Origin: Bdellovibrionales bacterium
Lineage (GTDB): Bacteria > Bdellovibrionota > Bdellovibrionia > Bdellovibrionales > UBA1609
Length of the DNA stretch: 32,000 bases
Direction of reading: 5' to 3'
NCBI GenBank assembly: GCA_963692945.1
Contig: OY843585.1
Location: forward strand, 60,001-92,000
The notes under the pieces: generated by a model
Database searches by the model: none
What the model saw: the letters and a program-made list of their open reading frames with translations, nothing else
Told to the model about the DNA's origin: nothing
Shown here: positions 25,935 through 32,000 of the stretch, one piece after another
Layout: the number at the start of each line of letters is the position of its first letter
How positions within the stretch are numbered: position 1 is the stretch's first letter
Translations under genes and position numbers: made by a program

Positions 25935-26645
25935 TTAATTGTAAGACACTCTATAACCAACACCGCGGACTGTTTTTATTTTATCTCCATACTCTTCCCC
26001 AAGTTTTTTACGTAAACTAGAAAGGTGTGTATCAATAGTTCGCCCAGTTACAACAACATCTTGTCCTTGAATAAAATTAACAATCTGTCTTCTAGATAAA
26101 ACTTTTCCACGATTAGATAAAAGAATTTCTAATATTTTAAATTCTGAATAAGTTAAATTTACTTTTTCATCTTTAATTGTAGCTTCATGAGAAACTTGAT
26201 CTAAAACAAGATCTCCAAATTTAAAGGTATGGCTATTGTCTTTTTCAGTTTTATTCAGTTTAAGAAAATCTCTTCTTTGTAAAAGATTTTTAACACGAGC
26301 TTTTAGTACATCAAAATCAAAAGGTTTTACCATATAATCATCTGCACCCGTTTCTAAACCTAAAACAATGTTTGAAGGGTCTGACTTAGCCGTCACCATT
26401 AAAACAGGAGTTTCATATTGAATATGAGAGGGTTTTCTCATCCAAGAAATAAGATCTAAACCACTAATCTCTGGTATCATCCAATCCATAATAATAAGAT
26501 CATAGGTGTTTTTCAAAAGTTTATCATAAGCTAAGCGACCATCTTTAGCCATATCAATTTCAATATTATCTTTGGAAATAGAAAAAGAGATTAAATCTCT
26601 AATATCTTTTTCATCTTCTACAATTAAAATGTTTTTCTTATCCAT
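25935..26645 (-). CDS. phoB: OmpR-family response regulator, PhoB-like
   Basis: Receiver domain (ILIVEDE, DLIIMDWMIPEISG, KP) and a winged-helix output (LTYSEFKILEIL..., TIDTHLSSLRKKL, IKTVRGVGYRV). Confidence 0.85.
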   Translation of the reverse strand: MDKKNILIVEDEKDIRDLISFSISKDNIEIDMAKDGRLAYDKLLKNTYDLIIMDWMIPEISGLDLISWMRKPSHIQYETPVLMVTAKSDPSNIVLGLETGADDYMVKPFDFDVLKARVKNLLQRRDFLKLNKTEKDNSHTFKFGDLVLDQVSHEATIKDEKVNLTYSEFKILEILLSNRGKVLSRRQIVNFIQGQDVVVTGRTIDTHLSSLRKKLGEEYGDKIKTVRGVGYRVSYN

Positions 26646-26663
26646 TATTAGAGATTGCCTCCA

Positions 26664-27335
26664 TTACACTTTTTGATGTTTTATATCTAAACCTGTTTGT
26701 ATAAAAACCACCTCTTCTGCAATGTTAGTTGCTTGATCTCCTATACGCTCTAGTTTTTCTGATATGCTAACAAGTTGAATGCAAGTATCAATTAATTCTG
26801 TATTTTTTAAAATACATTCTCTAAGTTTTATACAAATACCTTCTTTCAATTCGTCCGCTCTATCATCTTGTAAAATCACATCTCTCGCTAATTTTTCATC
26901 TTCATTTATAAAAGAATCCAAACAACTTAACACCATTGAATAAATATGATTAAACATTTCTTCTAAAGACTTTAAAGAGTCTTCTAGCAAAGGGTCTTCT
27001 TTTAAGTCTTTACCTTTTTTAGCAATACTCAAAGAAAGATCTCCCATTCTCTCTAAAGATGTATTTGCACTAATGATTGAAAGTATCATCCTCAAATCTT
27101 TAGCTAAGGGAGCCTGCCTTGCTAAAGCTCGGAAACAATATTTACCCAGTTGAACTTGAAGACTATCAATTTCTATTTCACGTTTTCGCACCAAAGAATA
27201 AAGTTCGTTTTTATCAACACTTCTTCTAAAAGTTATTTTTTTAGCTTCTTGGAGCATTTGCTCTACACAACCCCCCATAGAAGCAATGAGAGATTTTAAC
27301 TGAATAAGCCTTTCATCTAAAAATTGAACTGGCAT
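26664..27335 (-). CDS. phoU: Phosphate signalling complex protein PhoU
   Basis: Two PhoU repeats with the conserved LERMGDLSLSIA and LERIGDQATNIAE helices. Confidence 0.9.
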   Translation of the reverse strand: MPVQFLDERLIQLKSLIASMGGCVEQMLQEAKKITFRRSVDKNELYSLVRKREIEIDSLQVQLGKYCFRALARQAPLAKDLRMILSIISANTSLERMGDLSLSIAKKGKDLKEDPLLEDSLKSLEEMFNHIYSMVLSCLDSFINEDEKLARDVILQDDRADELKEGICIKLRECILKNTELIDTCIQLVSISEKLERIGDQATNIAEEVVFIQTGLDIKHQKV

Positions 27336-27336
27336 C

Positions 27337-28095
27337 TTAAAACCTTCCTGTAATGTAATTCTCTGTACGAATATCCTCTGGATTCGTAAAAAATAAAGAT
27401 GTTTTATTATACTCTATTAGCTCTCCTTTAAGCAAGAAGGCTGTTTTATCAGAAACTTTAGCCGCTTGTTGCATATTATGAGTGATTATAACCACTGTAA
27501 CTTGTTTTTTTAATCTTTGTATCAATTCTTCAATCCAAATAGTAGAGATAGGATCTAAAGCTGAAGTTGGTTCATCCATTAAAATAACAGAAGGATCCAC
27601 AGCTAAAGCTCTGGCAATACAAAGCCTTTGTTGCTGCCCCCCTGAAAGACTCGTTCCTGATTTTTTTAACCCATCTTTAACTTCATTCCATAAAGCTGCA
27701 TTTTTTAAAGCCAATTCAACTTTCTCATCTAAAAGACTTCTTTTACGAATACCAGAAAATTTTAAACCAATAGCCACATTATCATAAATACTCATACCAG
27801 GAAAAGGATTTGGCTTTTGAAAAACCATACCTATATTTCTCCGTATGGCAACAGGATCTACATTGGAATGGTAAATATTTTTTCCATAAAGATAGACTTG
27901 CCCCTCTAACCGAGCTCCTTTAACTTCTTCATGAAGACGATTTAGACATCTTATAAAAGTAGATTTTCCACAACCAGATGGTCCTATAATAGCAACAACT
28001 CTGTGTTTTTCTATAGTAAGATTGACATCACTCAAGACGTGAACATCATCAAACCAAGCGTTTAACTTTTTAACATCTATAAGAGTTTCTCTCAA
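27337..28095 (-). CDS. pstB: Phosphate ABC transporter ATP-binding protein
   Basis: Walker [10 protein letters not shown], signature [14 protein letters not shown], Walker [12 protein letters not shown], and the PstB-typical [17 protein letters not shown] tail. TTG start. Confidence 0.95.
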   Translation of the reverse strand: MRETLIDVKKLNAWFDDVHVLSDVNLTIEKHRVVAIIGPSGCGKSTFIRCLNRLHEEVKGARLEGQVYLYGKNIYHSNVDPVAIRRNIGMVFQKPNPFPGMSIYDNVAIGLKFSGIRKRSLLDEKVELALKNAALWNEVKDGLKKSGTSLSGGQQQRLCIARALAVDPSVILMDEPTSALDPISTIWIEELIQRLKKQVTVVIITHNMQQAAKVSDKTAFLLKGELIEYNKTSLFFTNPEDIRTENYITGRF

Positions 28096-28097
28096 AA

Positions 28098-28973
28098 CTA
28101 AGACCCTCCACTTAATCCAGAATCATTGTAAGAACTTACAATAAATATAATCAATCTTGTAGAAAAATTAATTAAAAAAATAAAAGATATCAATAAAAGA
28201 GCACCTCCCCAAGCCATAGATTCTAAATTAGCAAATCCACTTTTTGAAAATTCATAAATTTGAACAGGTAAAGAAGCTGTCGGTTCACTTAAAGTTTTAG
28301 AAAAATATTGATTGCCTAAAGCGGTAAATAACAAAGGAGCTGTTTCACCTGAAATACGAGCAATAGCTAACATAATACCACTTAAAAGCATGGTTAAAGT
28401 GCCTGGAATTAAAATTTTCATTATCATTTTCCAACGAGGCAATCCTAAAGCTAAGCCAGCCTCTCTAATGTGATTAGGTATCATTTTAAGAATCTCTTCC
28501 GAACTGCGAGCAACAACTGGAATTAAGATAATCATAAGAGATAAAGCTCCTGCATAAGCTGAAAACCCAAAGAAAATGACTATAAAACTATAAATAAAAA
28601 TACCAATAACAATAGAAGGTGTACTTATAGATAAATCAATAATAAATCTTAAGCCTTTAGAAATAAAACTAGAACGATATTCACTTAAACAAATTCCAAG
28701 AACAGTTCCCCAAGGCACTCCTATTAAGCAAGCAAGGCTTACCATAATTACACTTCCAACAATTCCATTAGCTAAACCTCCATCCATTCCCCCAGGCCCT
28801 CCAGGAAGATGAGTGAGAAGATTCCAATCAATAGCAGCTGCACCTTTTTTTAAGATATAAAAAACAATGTAAAAAAAAGGTATCACTGATATAAAGCTAA
28901 AAATTAAAATCAAAGATAGCATGATTTTATTCACTGTTTTTCTATAAATATAATAGACTGGAGCCACTCTCAT
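28098..28973 (-). CDS. pstA: Phosphate ABC transporter permease PstA
   Basis: 6-TM permease with the EAA-type loop [20 protein letters not shown]. Positioned between pstC and pstB. Confidence 0.9.
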   Translation of the reverse strand: MRVAPVYYIYRKTVNKIMLSLILIFSFISVIPFFYIVFYILKKGAAAIDWNLLTHLPGGPGGMDGGLANGIVGSVIMVSLACLIGVPWGTVLGICLSEYRSSFISKGLRFIIDLSISTPSIVIGIFIYSFIVIFFGFSAYAGALSLMIILIPVVARSSEEILKMIPNHIREAGLALGLPRWKMIMKILIPGTLTMLLSGIMLAIARISGETAPLLFTALGNQYFSKTLSEPTASLPVQIYEFSKSGFANLESMAWGGALLLISFIFLINFSTRLIIFIVSSYNDSGLSGGS

Positions 28974-28978
28974 AATTT

Positions 28979-29932
28979 TTACCTTTCAAATTTTCTTTTC
29001 ATTTTCCAAACTAAAAAAATAGACAAAGAATTAAATAATAAAGACACTACAAATAAAGTAAATCCAACAGCCGTCAAAGCAGAAAGTTGTAACTCTGTAT
29101 CGGCCTCAGCATATTGAGTCGCCAAGATACTTGCCATTGTTTGAGAAGGGGCAAAAAGAGAAGCATCTATATCTGGTTTATTACCTATCACCATAGTGAC
29201 TGCCATTGTTTCTCCAAAAGCTCTACCGAAACCTAAAACAATAGCAGCTGCAACACCTGATACACTACTTCTTAAAATAGCCACTTTAAACATCTCCCAA
29301 CGTGTTGTCCCTAAACTCAAAACAGCTTCTTTATTTGATAAAGGTATAGAACGAAAAACCTCCTTACAAATAGAGGCAATAGTAGGCATTATCATAATGG
29401 CCAAAATGATTCCTGCACACATCATACCTATCCCATAAAAATCCCCTGAAAATAAAATAGTATTTCCAAAATATTTTGATAAAACAGGTTGGACATGACT
29501 CCTTAGAAATGGAGCTAAAATAAAAACTCCCCAAAGACCATAAATAATAGAAGGAATCGCTGCTAACATTTCTACAATAAAACCAAGAATTCGTGATAGC
29601 CACTTAGGAGCCAATTCTGTTAGGAAAAAAGCCAACCCAATACTCAAAGGAACGGCTAAAAAAAGAGCCAGTAAAGAACTCACAACCGTTCCATAAATTA
29701 AAGATAAAACACCAAAATCTTGTTTCCAGCTATCCCAATTCGGATTGACAAAAAAAGACCAACCAAAATGACTAAAGGCCGGCCAAGACTTTATACAAAT
29801 AACAATGATCATCATAAAAAATAAAAGTATAAAAAAGAAACCAAGCATTTTAATAATAAAAGAAAAAAGACGATCCCCAAAATGAACATCTGATTTTAAA
29901 AATAAATTTAACTTATAAAATAAAGATTTCAT
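28979..29932 (-). CDS. pstC: Phosphate ABC transporter permease PstC
   Basis: 6-TM permease with the loop EAVLSLGTTRWEMFKVAIL. It overlaps the pstS stop by 4 nt. Confidence 0.9.
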   Translation of the reverse strand: MKSLFYKLNLFLKSDVHFGDRLFSFIIKMLGFFFILLFFMMIIVICIKSWPAFSHFGWSFFVNPNWDSWKQDFGVLSLIYGTVVSSLLALFLAVPLSIGLAFFLTELAPKWLSRILGFIVEMLAAIPSIIYGLWGVFILAPFLRSHVQPVLSKYFGNTILFSGDFYGIGMMCAGIILAIMIMPTIASICKEVFRSIPLSNKEAVLSLGTTRWEMFKVAILRSSVSGVAAAIVLGFGRAFGETMAVTMVIGNKPDIDASLFAPSQTMASILATQYAEADTELQLSALTAVGFTLFVVSLLFNSLSIFLVWKMKRKFER

Positions 29933-30957
29933 TTGTATTCAATGGTAGATAATCTTTTTAGAGCAGAAGTAACAACTCTATCAGGCAAAGGAATAAAGTA
30001 TAAACTCTCCGAATATTTTTGCCCAGAACTTAACAGCCATTTTAAAAAACCTACAATGACCTGTCCTTTTTCTTTAGGCATTTTTTGAGATATAACAATG
30101 TAAGTAAAACCAGCTAAGGGATAAGATTTTTTAGCTTCAGAATAAATTAAAGAGCTTGTAAAAGATTTTGTTTTTTTCAAAGTGTAATCTGCGGCTAATT
30201 TAACAGATTTTGTATTAGGAGCAATAAATTCTCCAGCTTTATTTTTAATTTTAGCAGCTGGTAACTTTTGAGACAAAACATAACTTAAAGACAGATAAGT
30301 GATAGAGCCTTGGATCTTATTCACTAAACCCATAACTCCTTCATTTCCTTTTCCACCAATACCCACTGGCCAATTCACAGATTTACCTCGCCCTACTTTA
30401 CTCAGAAAATCTTTAGAAGTTTTAGACAAAAACTCTGTAAAAAAAGAAGTCGTTCCACTGCCATCGGCACGATAGACAACAACTATAGGTTCTTTAGGAA
30501 GGTGGATTGTGGGATTCATTTTTTTAATTTTAGAGTCATCCCATCTTGTAATTTGGCCCATAAAAATCTGAGATAAAGTTTCCCCATCTAAATTTAGAAC
30601 TTTTTTTCCTATATTTAAATTATAAGTGACAGCCACTGAACCCAAAGCAGTAGGAATATGAACAATTTTTTTATTTGCTTTCTTTAATTCTTTGTCAGAA
30701 ATAGGTACATCCGTTCCTCCAAAATCTAAAGTTCCTTTTAAAAACTGACGGACACCACCTCCACTACCTATAGATTGGTAATTGATAGCCACTGAAGGTT
30801 TAATTTTACGGTATTCATACAACCACTTAGAATAAAGAATATAAGGAAAAGAGGCACCAGCACCATTGACTAAAAGAATTTTTTGTTTGTTGTTAGTACA
30901 AGAAAGAAAAGTCATCAAAAAAAATAAAATAGATAAAAATTTCAAATAACTCTTCAT
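29929..30957 (-). CDS. pstS: Phosphate-binding lipoprotein PstS
   Basis: Lipobox (MTFLSC), GAGASFP, SIGSGGG, GTDVP and ADGSGTT phosphate-binding motifs. RBS GGAAGG upstream. Confidence 0.9.
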   Translation of the reverse strand: MKSYLKFLSILFFLMTFLSCTNNKQKILLVNGAGASFPYILYSKWLYEYRKIKPSVAINYQSIGSGGGVRQFLKGTLDFGGTDVPISDKELKKANKKIVHIPTALGSVAVTYNLNIGKKVLNLDGETLSQIFMGQITRWDDSKIKKMNPTIHLPKEPIVVVYRADGSGTTSFFTEFLSKTSKDFLSKVGRGKSVNWPVGIGGKGNEGVMGLVNKIQGSITYLSLSYVLSQKLPAAKIKNKAGEFIAPNTKSVKLAADYTLKKTKSFTSSLIYSEAKKSYPLAGFTYIVISQKMPKEKGQVIVGFLKWLLSSGQKYSESLYFIPLPDRVVTSALKRLSTIEYK

Positions 30958-31104
30958 AAAAAAACCCTTCCTTCTAAAAAATTCATCTATTCTTTTTTAA
31001 GCCACTAATAAAGCTTTTAAACTAAACAGATAAGAAAAAAAACCTTTAATTTTGTGTTAAGAGAAAAAACCTTTTAGATTCACAAATTCTAAGGACATAA
31101 GCTT

Positions 31105-31461
31105 CTATTTCTCCTTAGAAAGAGGGTATTTAATAGCATTCTTTTTTAATTTATCCCCCAGACAAGTCGTTAAATCCAGCTTATAAAGTTGAGCAAACCT
31201 CAAAATAAAACATAAAACATCCGCTAATTCTTCTCCAACCTTGATTCTTATCTCCTTATTCTTAACCATCTCTAAACTCTCTTTTTCAGGATAAAAACGA
31301 AAGATTTCCAAAAGCTCGCTAGCCTCAGTGACAATACCAATCGCTAAATCCTTAGGATTATGAGGCTCATCCCAATCTCTTTCCGTACAAAAAACCCTCA
31401 CCTCTTCTTTTAAGTCCTCAATTTTGGCACTATGGTCTTTTAAAAGTTCTTTTTTCATCAT
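31105..31461 (-). CDS. MazG-like all-alpha nucleoside-triphosphate pyrophosphohydrolase
   Basis: FCTERDWDEPHNPKDLAIGIVTEASELLEIFRF...EELADVLCFILRFA contains the EExxE/D metal-binding helices of the MazG/DCTPP1-like family. AAGGGGG lies upstream of the tandem ATGs at 31461/31458. Confidence 0.75.
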   Translation of the reverse strand: MMKKELLKDHSAKIEDLKEEVRVFCTERDWDEPHNPKDLAIGIVTEASELLEIFRFYPEKESLEMVKNKEIRIKVGEELADVLCFILRFAQLYKLDLTTCLGDKLKKNAIKYPLSKEK

Positions 31462-32000
31462 AAACCCCCTTAAATAAACTAAACAAGTTTGGTAACCGTA
31501 TATAAAAATCATAACGATAAAGTTGCCTTAAAAAAACCTCTGACTTCAAATCTTTTAAGGGTTCAATGTAAAAAACCCCTACAAAAGCAGCTCTCTCGTC
31601 TTTTGGCACAATCCATCCTTTTAACAATTCTTCTTTGGTGTACAAACATCCTGATTGCAAATTTTTTACACCTTTATCTTTTTTACAACTTTTGATATCT
31701 ACTACGCTGGAAATAGGGCTTTTATGAGCATTTAAAAAAATATACCAATATTTTTGAGTAGATTTATTTAAAAAATCTTCTTCCTCTTTTTCTAAATTCA
31801 AAAACAAGTCTCCCCCATAAAACTTCTTCTTGTTTTGCAAATCCACAATAAGAGATTTGTAATAAATATGGTGACCTATTGTAGTGAATTTAAAAGACTT
31901 ATCCTCCCATTTAAAAACTTGGAGAGAATCCATATAAACTGAAGAAAGAATAACATCTACCTTGTATTTTCTTAAATACTCATTAAAAACTCTCTCTTTA
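31430..32000 (-). CDS. Hypothetical protein; reading frame is open to the right window edge, so the 5' end may lie outside
   Basis: The track ORF starts at M (31933), but the same frame continues without a stop through 32000 (...KERVFNEYLRKYKVDVILSSVY-MDSLQ...). Its 3' end overlaps the MazG-like start by about 30 nt. Confidence 0.45.
   Translation of the reverse strand, partial: KERVFNEYLRKYKVDVILSSVYMDSLQVFKWEDKSFKFTTIGHHIYYKSLIVDLQNKKKFYGGDLFLNLEKEEEDFLNKSTQKYWYIFLNAHKSPISSVVDIKSCKKDKGVKNLQSGCLYTKEELLKGWIVPKDERAAFVGVFYIEPLKDLKSEVFLRQLYRYDFYIRLPNLFSLFKGVYDEKRTFKRP

Noticed and set aside
31041-31060. Pho box upstream of pstS (minus strand TTAACAcaaaaTTAAAG, 11-bp period)
   Set aside because: Only two weak hexamers in AT-rich DNA, and the PhoB consensus for this lineage is unknown. 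This is not supportable without comparative data.

Overview
AT-rich chromosomal segment (about 30% GC by eye) from a diderm bacterium. I cannot assign the lineage from sequence alone. The left flank is housekeeping: a membrane pyrophosphatase (hppA, cut by the window edge and missing from the ORF track), an rpmB / L24-like KOW / divergent rpsR-like mini-cluster, a four-gene envelope cluster ending in a beta-barrel OMP, then tRNA-Pro(UGG) at 7106-7182. The region from 7.2 to 18.5 kb is accessory and defence-like. (i) A 6.9-kb cassette is bounded by a perfect 27-bp direct repeat of the tRNA-Pro 3' end (7161-7187 and 14034-14060), with symmetric 8-bp inverted repeats just inside each copy. It carries only two tightly coupled genes and no recombinase: a 1129-aa Eco57I/MmeI/PglX-like N6-adenine methyltransferase with a long C-terminal specificity region, and a 1091-aa fusion of a single-HKD PLD nuclease to an SNF2-like SF2 translocase. 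This is my best candidate for an undescribed ATP-dependent restriction-like system. (ii) Beyond the distal repeat lie a small ORF plus an SDH-family ClpP-fold serine protease, a 61-bp duplicated iteron-like intergenic element, an AAA ATPase with a DUF4143-type PD-(D/E)xK tail, a repeat- and palindrome-dense divergent control region, and an Mrr-type type IV endonuclease. The right flank is housekeeping again: sohB, greA, mgtE, an NrnA-like DHH phosphoesterase, a contiguous seven-gene pstSCAB-phoU-phoB-phoR operon, a MazG-like pyrophosphohydrolase, and an ORF open to the right edge. All functional calls come from motif recognition by eye; no searches were run.
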